64,000 nt of DNA, taken from the IMG/VR virus record IMGVR_UViG_3300036766_002289, positions 1 to 64,000 of that record, one strand, 5' to 3'. This document shows positions 51,793 through 62,737 of the stretch, piece by piece. Both the position numbers and the translations under genes were made by a program. Below the pieces are notes generated by a model. That model was not told the DNA's origin. It made no database searches and was given only the letters and a program-made list of their open reading frames with translations. Position 1 is the stretch's first letter. Each line of letters opens with the position of its first letter.

Positions 51793-51864
51793 GGCCCGTT
51801 CGACTTCTAGAGAGGTCGCTTGATTCTCAATCAAGCTAGATGGGAGCGTAACCCATACGGGTCA
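51793..51864 (+). tRNA. tRNA-Glu(CTC)
   Basis: CTTGA-TTCTCAA-TCAAG; T loop AGCGTAA. Confidence 0.8.
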
Positions 51865-51866
51865 CT

Positions 51867-51980
51867 AACGAGTAGGATCGACATAGGCCGTCTGACAAAC
51901 ACTTGCACAGTCTAGTCGGACCTTTCCTTAACTGATCTAAAGAGTTTATTTTGGTGCAACGGGATAAACTTCTGCTCGTT
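51867..51980 (+). ncRNA. unclassified structured RNA between two tRNA-Glu genes
   Basis: AACGAGTAG/CTGCTCGTT closing stem; GTCTGAC/GTCGGAC; AGTTTATTTT/GGGATAAACT. Confidence 0.5.
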
Positions 51981-51983
51981 TAT

Positions 51984-52055
51984 GCCGCATTAGTTTAGAA
52001 GTTAGAACATAGGACTTTCAATCCTAAGAAGAGGGAGCATTACCCTCATGCGGTA
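51984..52055 (+). tRNA. tRNA-Glu(TTC)
   Basis: TAGGA-CTTTCAA-TCCTA; T loop AGCATTA. Confidence 0.8.
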
Positions 52056-53096
52056 CTAATGTATATTGAAGAATGGCATAAATGCTGGTGCAGTTGTGAA
52101 GCCGTGAATTGGGTATGTTCAGGTAATCTAGAAGATTACACTGTGCCCGATGTTCACGGCTTTAAGTGTTTTAAGTGTGGTGAAACTAATAAGTTTGACC
52201 TTGATTTGTTTGAAGAAGATGAGTTATACATTGTGGATGGCTTAGAAAGTCCTAACTAATATGGAACGAGTAGAATTTGTAATTATTGAAACTGACGGAT
52301 TTCATGAAACTTTGGCGTGTCCAAAATGCGGCAATATTTTTGAAATTGACGTTCACACAGAGTTGAACCTTGTATTTGATAAGGAATACATGGGTCTAGT
52401 GAGTAAATGTCCTGATTGTGGGGCTTTACAAAAGGGCGATGAGGAGTTAGTATGATTTTCAAGGGTAAAGTTTGGAAATATCAACTTTTCAAAGAGGTTA
52501 GTATATGACTGAGAATGAATTCATGCGTGGAAAACTCTTGGATTATTATTCCACACTTAATGTGGAAGGTGTCATAACAGAGTTGGAAATGGAAAGTGAA
52601 ATGGATAATATTTCACTCAATATGTCTGAGTTAGAAGTTAAGAGGAAGTACAAACGCTTAAAAGGGTTGGGCATTTCATGAAAAAGTTACTCATTGTACT
52701 AGTTTTGTTATTAAGTCCAGCTTTATTTGCCGCTGATAAAGTTGAAAAACGAACTATCGAAATCTACATGCAGAAAAAGAATTTTGATGATAACACAATT
52801 GGCTTTTATATGTGGGTGAACGATGCTGATTTTATCATTAGAAATAGTGCCCCGAATGTTGATGTTGGGTATAGTTTTTCTGGGGGCATTTACTTGGAGA
52901 GTGACCGTCTAAGAACTGCTATGTTTTTCATCCACAATTGGAATGAGAAAAGTAGTAATTATTGCACCGTAATCGAATTTGGCGGAATACGTCCTGATGA
53001 TATTCATATCTATCTCCCCGAGGGAGCAACGGCAAAAGTATACGCTAGTAGTTTAGATAGAATATATAAGAAGAAAGAATAAAGCATACATATTGC

Positions 53097-53510
53097 ATGT
53101 TCAATGAATGGCTCTGTCTAAAAGAAGCAGCAAATCGTGGACTTTACCAGCAGTTGTTAGCAATGCGTCCACTAATGGCTCAAGCTGCTCAGAAGATTTA
53201 TAATGAATGGAATCAGGAAGATGAATGCGACGTAGGTGGTATTTGTGACGAAATTGAACGAGCGGTTGCCACTGTAATCTCTATGCGAGTCAGGAATGCC
53301 AATACCACAGAAGGTGGCCAAGATGGTGACGATCATGCTTGGACAATTGTTTATAATCGCAGTGAATCATATGGGGTAGACATACCGCCGCATGTATATG
53401 AAACTGGTGGTGGTTATTGCTGGAAAAAGGTTCCAGGTGTAGTTATTCAGGCTAATGATGTTGTGGTATGGGATTTAGGAATTCATCCAAGCGAGTTTCA
53501 GGAACGGTAG
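53097..53510 (+). CDS. hypothetical protein (MFNEWL N-terminus; Cys/His/Asp)
   Basis: GGICDEI, DHAW, GVDIP motifs; TACATA upstream. Confidence 0.55.
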   Translation: MFNEWLCLKEAANRGLYQQLLAMRPLMAQAAQKIYNEWNQEDECDVGGICDEIERAVATVISMRVRNANTTEGGQDGDDHAWTIVYNRSESYGVDIPPHVYETGGGYCWKKVPGVVIQANDVVVWDLGIHPSEFQER

Positions 53511-53556
53511 CTTTACAACGTCTTGGTTTCGTGCTATACTAATCATGGAGGAACCA

Positions 53557-54651
53557 ATGAAACTACCTACGCTTTATTCACGTCGTTCTGATGGCAAAGT
53601 CCAAATCTGGGAAAAAGAAATTGTAGACAATAAATACCGTACACATTCAGGCATTAAAGACGGTGAAATCGTCACTGCTGAGTGGACAGTGTGTGTAGAA
53701 AAGAACTTAGGCAAGACAAATTACATTGACGCCAAACATCAGGCAGTCACGGAAGCCAAGGCCGAATGGCAGAAGAAAAAAGATAAAGGTTATAAGGAAG
53801 ATATCAAGGATATTGATAATTCCACTTTTTTTGAGCCGATGCTTGCCAAGGTTTGGCAGGATTATAAGGATGAGGCAATTTATCCTGCCTATGTCCAGCC
53901 TAAGTTAGACGGAATGCGTCTTATTGCAAATAAAGAAGGTCTGTGGACAAGGAACGGCAAAGAGTATAAGTCTATTCCGCACATCTATGAAGCTCTGAAG
54001 CCTTTATTTAAATTCAACCCTAAATACATTTTTGACGGGGAGGTTTACGCGGATAAATTCGCGCACGATTTCAACAAAATCTGTTCGCTGGCTAAAAAGA
54101 CTAAACCAACGGATGAAGACATTGCAGAGTCTGAGAAAAGTATTGAATATCATGTTTACGATTTCCCGTATTGGGATGATGTATTCAGTGCCCGTCATGC
54201 TGAGTTGCTTAAAGTCGCTAAGCATTTCAAGAACAAGAAATTAAAGATTGTTGAGACGCATGAAGTTGCGTCTAGTAAAGAAATTGATACTCACTATGAG
54301 AAGTTTGTTCAGGACGGTTATGAGGGTTTAATGGTTCGCATGGATGCAAAGTATGAGAATAAGCGAACTAAGGTTCTGCTTAAGTATAAGGAATTTAAGG
54401 ATGATGAGTATGAAATTTTGGATGTAGTGGAAGGTGTAGGCAATAAGAGTGGTGGTGCAGGGGCACTTGTTTGTAAGAACAAGGACAACAGCACGTTCCA
54501 TTCTAACATTAAGGGCAATCGTGAGTTCTGTAAGGCCATGTTAATCAATAAGAATGATTACATTGGCAAGATGGCGACTATTCAATTCTTTAATTTGACG
54601 GTGGATGGTGTGCCTCGATTCCCTTATTTCTTGAGGGTTCGTGATGAATAG
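53557..54651 (+). CDS. ATP-dependent DNA ligase
   Basis: FEPMLA, QPKLDGMR (motif I), FDGEVY, YHVYD, GYEGLMVR, LLKYK, GVPRFP. Confidence 0.95.
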   Translation: MKLPTLYSRRSDGKVQIWEKEIVDNKYRTHSGIKDGEIVTAEWTVCVEKNLGKTNYIDAKHQAVTEAKAEWQKKKDKGYKEDIKDIDNSTFFEPMLAKVWQDYKDEAIYPAYVQPKLDGMRLIANKEGLWTRNGKEYKSIPHIYEALKPLFKFNPKYIFDGEVYADKFAHDFNKICSLAKKTKPTDEDIAESEKSIEYHVYDFPYWDDVFSARHAELLKVAKHFKNKKLKIVETHEVASSKEIDTHYEKFVQDGYEGLMVRMDAKYENKRTKVLLKYKEFKDDEYEILDVVEGVGNKSGGAGALVCKNKDNSTFHSNIKGNREFCKAMLINKNDYIGKMATIQFFNLTVDGVPRFPYFLRVRDE

Positions 54652-55131
54652 TTTTGATGTAGAAGTTATAATTCATTCTAGGAAAAAGTCATGGACATGG
54701 ACATAGATAAATTTCAAACCAGAGCGGAATTTATTGATTCTGAAGATGGGGATTTTGAGGTAATGCACGCTAAGGAATGTTCAAAATGAACGAGTTTGAT
54801 TACGTGGAAAGTCTTGAATTTTCCGCTAGGATTAATGTATGCAGCGGTTTTAAATGTGTGGTGAATAGTTTTCGGGATGATGAGATTATTCAGAAGTTAA
54901 TTGCTGGGATGAGTGATTGGCGTAATCAGTTATCAGTTTTTGAGCGAGTGCAGTTAGTGTTGTTGAAAGATTCTGGAGGCGATGAATACGAACATCAGCA
55001 TGACACAGCTATGGCGGCATATCTCTATGTACTTGGCCAGTGTAACATGGCTTTAGCTACATTGTGTTGTAATTTGGTGTTGGATATTGACCGTATATTT
55101 TGGGCACGCAAAATGGCGTGGGAATTAAAGT

Positions 55132-55791
55132 ATGGACTGGCTTAAATTTGAAATCTTTGTCCGAGTCCTAATTTTTTATAGTATATTCAGCTTTTATGCC
55201 GAAGTTGATTTTGCTCAAGAAAACACAAGTAGCGGTTTTTGGTTATGGAGTGAGCGAATAGTCGCAATTCTATTTACTATTGAATATTTCTTAAGATGGA
55301 GTTGGTCAAAACATGGTTGGAAGTGGCCATTCACTTTTTATGCTGTTGTAGATTTACTTGCAATTCTTCCTTTCTATGTTGGCCTTTTTGTTCAGCCACA
55401 TCATCTTGGCGTTATTAGGTCTTTTCGTGTATTAAGGCTTTTAAAGCTTACACGTTACAGCATTGCCTTGGATAGGTTCTTGGAGAGTTTTAGAAGAATC
55501 AAGGACGAGTTGGCGATTATTGTAGTTTTCTTAATGATTGTTGTGTTTTTGGGGGCTACTTTATTATACGAATTTGAGCATCCTGCTCAACCTGATAAGA
55601 TAACTTGTTTATCTGATGCTACTTGGCTTTGTTTTATTACCATCTCGACTATTGGCTACGGGGACATATTCCCAATAACATGGCCAGGAAGAATTGTTGT
55701 AATGGTCGTTTGTGTATTAGGGTTAGGTGTTTTTGGGTCATTTGTAAGTTTGCTGGGGAGTTCCCTAACTAACAAAGACTTGACAAAGTGA
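55132..55791 (+). CDS. voltage-gated-type potassium channel
   Basis: S4 RSFRVLRLLKL; selectivity filter TIGYGD; DLLAILPFY. Confidence 0.9.
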   Translation: MDWLKFEIFVRVLIFYSIFSFYAEVDFAQENTSSGFWLWSERIVAILFTIEYFLRWSWSKHGWKWPFTFYAVVDLLAILPFYVGLFVQPHHLGVIRSFRVLRLLKLTRYSIALDRFLESFRRIKDELAIIVVFLMIVVFLGATLLYEFEHPAQPDKITCLSDATWLCFITISTIGYGDIFPITWPGRIVVMVVCVLGLGVFGSFVSLLGSSLTNKDLTK

Positions 55792-55826
55792 TTTTTTGTA
55801 CTATGTTAATAGTAAAGGAGAATAAC

Positions 55827-56072
55827 ATGCTCTAGGTAGAAAACTGTGATTGTGTATTTCATTTTAACAAAGCTAGTTTGGCTGACCCAACTCTTCCTGC
55901 TTGGGTTTTGAAGATAAAAGGTGAATCATATTACGTGACACATGTTACGTCTAATGCTCCTTGGTCTACCAAGGAAACTCCTGATAATTCACATACAAAG
56001 GGAAGTTTGAAATTTAAGCGGGTGAATGTTGTAATTAATGATGATAAATCTGCTGATATCAACCCTATATAA
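55827..56072 (+). pseudogene. small protein with in-frame TAG at codon 3
   Basis: AAGGAG SD then ATG CTC TAG GTA..., in frame with ..VFHFNK..WVLKIKGESYYV. Confidence 0.5.
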
Positions 56073-56436
56073 GTAAAAGGGGTGATATTATGCAATTAGT
56101 AAGATTTAAGAATGCGGAAGGCTGTGCAACATGCACTCAAACAGTAAATTTTGCAACTTTGCGAGCAATCGGCATGTTGAAAGCGAATGATGCCGATGAC
56201 AATAGTTACTTTGTTAGAATTTCATTTGCTAACGGTGACACATATCTAGCCAGAGATAATATGAGTCTTTCACAAGCAACTGATTACAGGAATTTGCTAG
56301 AAAGTTATTGGTTTGGTGTTGACACCAACAGTTCTTTTGGACTCGGGCTTGATAAGTGTGCGATTGATGCTTAATACTATGTGGTAAAAGATGAGAAGGC
56401 TGGAGATTCCAGCCTTTTTCCATTTAGGAGGCTAAA

Positions 56437-56727
56437 ATGCCTAATCAAGTGAAGTTTCGTGGCGGTCCTAATCTTACTTGGTATATTGTAACTGCTGTTT
56501 TGTTTGCCATTGATATCTATTATGGCATAGCATGGCTCGCTTCTAATCTAGCTACTGCTGCTATTGTCTATTCTTATCTAAGATATAAGCATATTCCTAT
56601 TATCAAAAGTCTACTTGATACTGACTGGTACAAGCTGACTATGGGGCAGGTAGTATTTCGAAAATTCCCAAAAGCAATAGCAAAATATCATTTTATTAAT
56701 CGCATGGTTAGAAGACGGCTACATTAA
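56437..56727 (+). pseudogene. truncated nicotinate phosphoribosyltransferase (PncB) N-terminus behind a TM segment
   Basis: [17 protein letters not shown]....FP....YHFINR, then abrupt end. Confidence 0.7.
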
Positions 56728-56782
56728 ACTTCGTGATATTACAAGAAACAAGGATATCGAGTTTAATTGCTACGGCAGCAAA

Positions 56783-57307
56783 TTGATGGGGTTTGATGGC
56801 AGGATTTATACCCAGAGCGGCATGAATATCATCGAAGTGATTTTTACAGAAATAAAAGATAAGATTATTGCCACCCCGCATATCGTTGCCAATGTTCTGG
56901 AACAGGCAACAAGATTTTACGATGGTGCAGTCGTCCAGAATTTGTTTGATGCTTATTATGTATCCATTTTTCCTGTAAGCAAGGCTTGTCAGCAGATTGC
57001 ACTGAGAGAATTGGATGGTCTTCGTGTTATCGACGCAAAATTCGAAGGTAAAATTCTGATGGTAGTTGCAGTCGATAAAAAGGGACACTACAATAGGTTT
57101 ACTTTTGCCTTCAAGGACGATTGGAAGTCTTATGATATTGCCAAAAAGGAAAACATCACTTACACTGGTTTGAATTTCACGGTGCTGGATAACGGCGTGT
57201 GTGTTCACATTGATGAAGATGAAAATATTGAAATTTTTCAAATAGGCAAGCTTGGTAGTGCAAAAGTTGTGACCGATGATGTAATTAATCACGATATGCT
57301 CTTGTAA
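56783..57307 (+). CDS. 5'-truncated beta-rich protein fragment
   Basis: frame open from about 56681 with no SD/ATG; abuts the pncB break. Confidence 0.45.
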   Translation: MMGFDGRIYTQSGMNIIEVIFTEIKDKIIATPHIVANVLEQATRFYDGAVVQNLFDAYYVSIFPVSKACQQIALRELDGLRVIDAKFEGKILMVVAVDKKGHYNRFTFAFKDDWKSYDIAKKENITYTGLNFTVLDNGVCVHIDEDENIEIFQIGKLGSAKVVTDDVINHDMLL

Positions 57308-57370
57308 CAAGGGCGCAACGGTTATGTTTACCAAAGAGGATTCAATTTACTCTGTAACCATGAGGAAACC

Positions 57371-58162
57371 ATGAGCGAAGAAAACGAACAAGTTGATGAA
57401 AAGTGGGAATTGATCCAGAATTTGGAGTTGTCCACAGTTAAAGAACGTCTTCTTAATAAGAAGAATTTCATATGGAAGTGGACACATGACTTGGATAAGG
57501 TAGAAGCTGAATACAGACAATTTCTGTACTTGGCTGCTACGCATCCTGACGATGTAATTGTGCCTTGGTCTGATGCCTTAGATGAATTCTGGCATATGCA
57601 TATTCTGGACACTCGCAAGTATGAACAGGATTGCATGGCGATATTTGGCAAGATGTTTCATCATGACCCACATACGCCAATTGGTAGTGAAAAACAAGTA
57701 AGTAATTTTACTAATACTAAGAAGATTTACAGGGCAACCTTTAGGGATAGGGTTACGTCTACTGCTTACGTAGGTTGTGGGGGCGTGTTCGAACCTGTAT
57801 TTTGTTCTAGTTGCGCTGGGGTTGTGATAGATATTCAACCAGACGTTACACATACTCAACCTGAAGATTCTAGCGTCGATAGTGTTGGTGGCGGGATTGT
57901 TGCAGGCGTAAGCGAAGCTGCAAATGGTGTTTCTATCGCGGTTTCAGATTCTGTAAGCAGTCCAGATAGCTCAGACAGTGGGTCCAGTCCAAGTAGTTGT
58001 GGTGGAAGTAGCAGTCCAGATAGCGGTAGCTCAGATAGTGGGTCCAGTTCTAGCTCAGATAGCGGTAGCTCAGATAGTGGTAGCTCTGGTAGTAGCTGTA
58101 GTGGCGGTGGCAGTTCTTGTGGTGGAGGAAGTAGTTGCGGCGGTGGTGGAGGCGGGGATTAA
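57371..58162 (+). CDS. glycine-rich-domain (GRDP/DUF1399-like) protein with Ser/Gly/Cys tail
   Basis: EYRQFLYL, DEFWHMHILDT.KY..DC..IFG..HHDP; SCGGG tail. Confidence 0.75.
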   Translation: MSEENEQVDEKWELIQNLELSTVKERLLNKKNFIWKWTHDLDKVEAEYRQFLYLAATHPDDVIVPWSDALDEFWHMHILDTRKYEQDCMAIFGKMFHHDPHTPIGSEKQVSNFTNTKKIYRATFRDRVTSTAYVGCGGVFEPVFCSSCAGVVIDIQPDVTHTQPEDSSVDSVGGGIVAGVSEAANGVSIAVSDSVSSPDSSDSGSSPSSCGGSSSPDSGSSDSGSSSSSDSGSSDSGSSGSSCSGGGSSCGGGSSCGGGGGGD

Positions 58163-58556
58163 ATTTTGCTATAATTTACTAGATTAGATTGCCTACCGTA
58201 GTAAAATGTCCCAACCGTGGCGGCTTCGGACCTTCGCTAGCAGGGGTGAAAGACAGCACTGAACCGAGAAAAGCTAACCACATTTTTATATATAGATTAT
58301 GACGAAAGATGAATGCAAAAAGCTGATTGCGGAAAAAATCACCCAAGTAGGTGGTGCTAGGGCTGATGAATTAGTGGCGTGGCATGGTTTTTACAAAACA
58401 GAGGGATTTTCTGAAGTATTCCATCCAGAGTTTTTACAGCAAATGGTTACGGAAGGAATGATTACAGAAATAAAGTATACTATACCAGAAGATAAGAATA
58501 GTTTCAGTTTTTTGGTGCCAAAGGGCACAAAGGTCAGTATAATAGGGTAGAGAATT

Positions 58557-58631
58557 CGGGCTATAGCGTAACTTGGCTATCGCGTCTGGTTTGGGGCCAG
58601 AAGACTTTCGGTTCAAATCCGAATAGCCCGA
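58557..58631 (+). tRNA. tRNA-Pro(GGG)
   Basis: TCTGG-TTGGGGC loop region; canonical cloverleaf. Confidence 0.85.
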
Positions 58632-59079
58632 TTTATGAATTTTACAGAAATTGAAGAAGTAGTAAATAACTGGCGAATATTCGATCTCGACCAACTATTT
58701 GAAGACAGAATTCCAATATCACTATGTCTTCAAGCACAGGTTAAGTATAATGAAAGCAATAATTTTGAGCCTCAATTTATGAGGTTGAGCATTCCTTTGG
58801 TAATTCGTGCATTTGCAGAATCTAAAGCTTTCAAAAGAAACCACTTTATTAACTACGACGAACATGACAAACCGCAACTTGCGATATTGAAGGTTAAGCA
58901 CAAAGCATTTATTCCTAATAACTTGGATGAGGAAGCTGAATATGCGGCTAAGCTTGCTGTACAGATTCTAAAAGAAATAGATGCTTTGTTTGAAGATGTA
59001 ATGAATGAAGATATAGTTTTTCATGGACTTGGCTGCTTGAAAGATGGAGCGATCACCATTTTATTTAGTCGAGGTTGAT

Positions 59080-59442
59080 ATGCTAATCCCTGGCACTACT
59101 TTCAGCGATTATGATCCCTTAGATGATTATAAAAAAAAGATTAGTCCACAACTTTATGAGTTTATGGCTAGAGTATCTTATATTACTAAAGCCGATCTAA
59201 ACAAAAATCACTCAGAAGATTTACTTTTTGCTAATACCGTTGAAGAACTTGGTGAATATGCTGCTGCCAAGACCGTAGAAAAGGGTATCAAGAAGAAGAT
59301 GCTCAAAGAAAGTTCCAAGATTGAATCAGTTGATTTGACCATTTGTGCCCTGTCACTTTTCTTTGCAAATGGTGGCACATTGCAGGATTTGTGTAGCATC
59401 GGTCAAGAAAAACTGAATAAATGGGAAGATAGAGTAAAATGA
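59080..59442 (+). CDS. MazG-like NTP pyrophosphohydrolase
   Basis: VEELGEYA..ESVD..KLNKW. Confidence 0.65.
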   Translation: MLIPGTTFSDYDPLDDYKKKISPQLYEFMARVSYITKADLNKNHSEDLLFANTVEELGEYAAAKTVEKGIKKKMLKESSKIESVDLTICALSLFFANGGTLQDLCSIGQEKLNKWEDRVK

Positions 59443-59628
59443 GTTGGAACTATAGAATAATGAAGCATGTGGACGATGGCGAAACATGGTATGGAATACA
59501 CGAAGTCATCTATGACGAAGGAAAACTTAGTTATACAGAGACTGCATTTGCAATTGGGGATAGCCCCGAAGAATTGAAGTCTGTGTGCGAGATGATGTGT
59601 GAAGCTTTCAAAAAACCTATTTTGGAGT

Positions 59629-60519
59629 ATGAAAATGAGCGAGAATCTACTTAAAGCTTGTGGTCTGATCCTTGGTGTTGGTTTAGTTTGTGGCGTACTT
59701 TCGTTCTTTGTCTGGTTTCTCAATAGCTCCAATCCAGACGTGCCTGCTGGATATGTTGGCTATCAGACTCAAGGAGCAGTTTTTGGTCAAGGCAAGTTTT
59801 ATGGAACATTAAAAGGCCCAGCTTCCCCAGGTCGAACATGGATGGTTAAGAGTTTCCCTGTTAGTATTACTCCTTACACTTACGCAGAAGAATTCTCTGG
59901 AGAGAGTGAAGTTCTTTCCAAGGACAATCTGAAGATTAATTACAGAATTCATATAGTATGGCGTATCAAGGAAGATAGTGTTAAGGATGCTGTGGAAAAA
60001 TTCTCTACTATTGATACAACTGGTAAGATACAAGACCCAGAAAAAGTCGTAAAAGACATTTATGGCAATTACCTTAAAGAACCACTTAGAACTTTTAGTC
60101 GAGATGAAGTGCAAAAGTTGAATTGGGTCGAAATCAAAGAAAAACAGGTCATTATAGGGGATAACATCAAGAATAATATGCTTAAGTTAACAAAGGACAC
60201 ACCATTCGATATCATTAGTGTGGTTGTCGGCAATATCCAATATCCTAAAGTAGTATCTGATGCAGTAGCAGATAATCTTGCTACAACACAGCATTTAGAG
60301 AAGGAAAGAAAAGATGCCGAACGAAGGGTTGTGCAGGCGGAAGGTATTGCTAAGTCTATGGAAATTATCAACCAAAGACTGACTTCACAATACTTGCAGC
60401 ACGAGGCTATTGAAGCACAGAAGTCTATGGTTAATAGTCCTAATCATACGGTTATCTACATTCCTGTAGGTAATATGGGTATTCCTTTGGTGGGGACTAT
60501 TGATGCGGGTAAAAAATGA
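59629..60519 (+). CDS. SPFH/Band 7 membrane protein
   Basis: N-terminal TM, VPAGYVG, LSKDNL, A.GIAK..IN..LT..YLQ. Confidence 0.85.
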   Translation: MKMSENLLKACGLILGVGLVCGVLSFFVWFLNSSNPDVPAGYVGYQTQGAVFGQGKFYGTLKGPASPGRTWMVKSFPVSITPYTYAEEFSGESEVLSKDNLKINYRIHIVWRIKEDSVKDAVEKFSTIDTTGKIQDPEKVVKDIYGNYLKEPLRTFSRDEVQKLNWVEIKEKQVIIGDNIKNNMLKLTKDTPFDIISVVVGNIQYPKVVSDAVADNLATTQHLEKERKDAERRVVQAEGIAKSMEIINQRLTSQYLQHEAIEAQKSMVNSPNHTVIYIPVGNMGIPLVGTIDAGKK

Positions 60520-60676
60520 GTGAAGTAGAGATTTTACAAAAGGAAAATGAGCAACTAAGAGCTACTATTAAGGAATTAAGAGAGCAATTAGAAGCTTATA
60601 AAAGACAAACAAGGCGGCAATATTATGCCGACCAAGACTACGTGTCTTACCATGATGAAGATAGGCGTGACTAATT

Positions 60677-61219
60677 ATGGCTGAAACAAGTAAGGCAGAA
60701 CAACGTAGGGGCAGAGAAGGTTGGTTTGCACAGTATGCTCCGTTCGACAAGTCTGGGATTGATCTAGGTTGCGGTGATGATTGCTTAAATCAATCTTTTC
60801 GTAGGTTTGACTGTGTTTTTGGCGATGGCGATGCTCAGTTTATGCATGGAACTTATGACGACCAATTTCATACTGTATATGCCAGCCACCTTCTAGAACA
60901 CCTTAATAACCCAATAGAAGCCATATATAACTGGTATAGAATTTGCCGAAGTCCTGGCCACGTAATCATTTGTGTCCCACACAGGGATTTGTATGAGAAA
61001 AAGCTAGAATTGCCTAGCAGGTGGAATGCAGAGCATAAGACCTTTTGGTTGCCAGAAAATGGGGAATCGCCTGTAACAATGGGGTTAAAGGAAGTGATCT
61101 TGCAGGCTATTCCACATGCTGATATAGTGTCATTAAGGATTTTGAATGAAGGTTGGGCGTCTAATGGTGATGCTCATTCTAGTGGCGAATATAGTATAGA
61201 GGCTATAATAAGAAAGTGA
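60677..61219 (+). CDS. class I SAM-dependent methyltransferase
   Basis: GIDLGCG, ASHLLEHL, W.RI...G...I.VP. Confidence 0.85.
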   Translation: MAETSKAEQRRGREGWFAQYAPFDKSGIDLGCGDDCLNQSFRRFDCVFGDGDAQFMHGTYDDQFHTVYASHLLEHLNNPIEAIYNWYRICRSPGHVIICVPHRDLYEKKLELPSRWNAEHKTFWLPENGESPVTMGLKEVILQAIPHADIVSLRILNEGWASNGDAHSSGEYSIEAIIRK

Positions 61220-61240
61220 CTAACTATAATAGATAATATT

Positions 61241-61313
61241 GGCCCGTGAGTGTGACGGATTAACACGAAAGTCTTCGAAACTTTTATAATAGGTTCAATT
61301 CCTATACGGGCTA
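61241..61313 (+). tRNA. tRNA-Arg(TCG)
   Basis: AAAGT-CTTCGAA-ACTTT. Confidence 0.8.
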
Positions 61314-62037
61314 CTATGACGTTAGTGATAAGTTACTCTATTAATTACGAGAACGGTGAAGGTGATTTACTAGAAGCGATAGCAGATATAAATTTTCCCA
61401 ATGCCGTAGAGTCACCAGACTTTCCAGAAAGTGCGTGTGATGAGACAGCAAGAAGATATTTAGTCAATCGTATTTTAACTGAAGGTGGCAGGGTCATTAA
61501 GATAAATAAAGCTGGATATAGATGGAAAGAATATGAGGATGGAGACTAATGGATATTCCAGACGAGTGGATGTGGTGTCACGACGTATTATATGGTTTTG
61601 GCTACCGTAAAGGTGATTCGGATAAGGTTATAAGGTTAGAAGATGCTGCTCAATTTCTTGGATGGACTGTTGAACATAGAAGTTTTCGTGATGCTCTAAG
61701 CATAGAACGGCAGCTTGAGCTTGACGAAATCTATGACAAATTGCAACCTTTTCTCGCAGAAAGATTAGAGAAACGACGTAAATATGTTGAAGAACATCCA
61801 TCCAAATATGATAGGATAACTGTGGCTCAAGTAAGCAGAGAGTATCCTAAATTATGAAGAAGTTTAAATCTATTAACAAATGGATTTTTGAGAATTGTGC
61901 GTGTGACTGCTGGATTTGCCAGAAGACTAATAATCTATTGCTTAAAATAGCAGTTTATGCGGTTTGGTTTACTTTAGTACTTTGTATATTGTGTAGTTTG
62001 TTTGTTTTGATTGTGAAAGTTGGGGAATTAATATAAC

Positions 62038-62106
62038 GGGGGCAGTCTATGGGTAGCCGTTGGCCTTTGCAAGGCTGACTATGGGGATCGTAACCCCATG
62101 CCTCCA
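62038..62106 (+). tRNA. tRNA-Ala(TGC), copy 2
   Basis: identical to 37698-37766. Confidence 0.8.
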
Positions 62107-62737
62107 CTATATGCAGAAATATAAAGAAGACAGTCCTTTTGTAAAAGGGTGTAAGCCAGACGGATTTGCCACAAGCTGGGAGCCTAAGAAGTTCAAATAC
62201 AAATGGCTAGAATTATGGCAAAAAAGTACTGATGGCTTTGTGGGGCTGGCAAAAATCAGTAAGAAAATGCCTTTGTATTGGAGAAGTCCAAAAAATTTGA
62301 TTTATGGAGTCATAGTATTGCAGGCTGGTTTTCATAACGACCAAGAGTGGGTCAGAGTATTAAGGAAAACTGCTGATAGCGTCATAATTCCAAATCCTGA
62401 ATATAATAAGAATGGCAACCCAACAAGAATAATCATCGACCTTAATCCAAAAAACTAATAAAAAGGTTTAAAATGTTTTCACACAATCCAAAATGGTTTA
62501 GTGACAAGATGCGTGAGACTAAGGATTTACCCCATATTGAGGTGACAAAGAAAGAATTCATCAAATTGTTTGTTAAGAATGGTGGCGAAAAGAAGGACGC
62601 AAGCTTCCAAGCTAATATATGCGAAGGATTAGGCAGTAGTGTTCAAATAGGCAATCAGATGGTAAGTATTAAGGGGGCTTAACTCATCGGCTAAATTTTT
62701 TAATTAAGCTTTTGAGTCATCCATACTATATTATTGT

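Noticed and set aside
58188-58280. GC-richer intergenic stretch as SRP RNA, tmRNA or ribozyme
   Set aside because: No diagnostic motif could be confirmed by eye
37697-62108. Integrated prophage or island bounded by attL/attR
   Set aside because: No integrase in the window and gene style is the same inside and outside; kept only as a duplication
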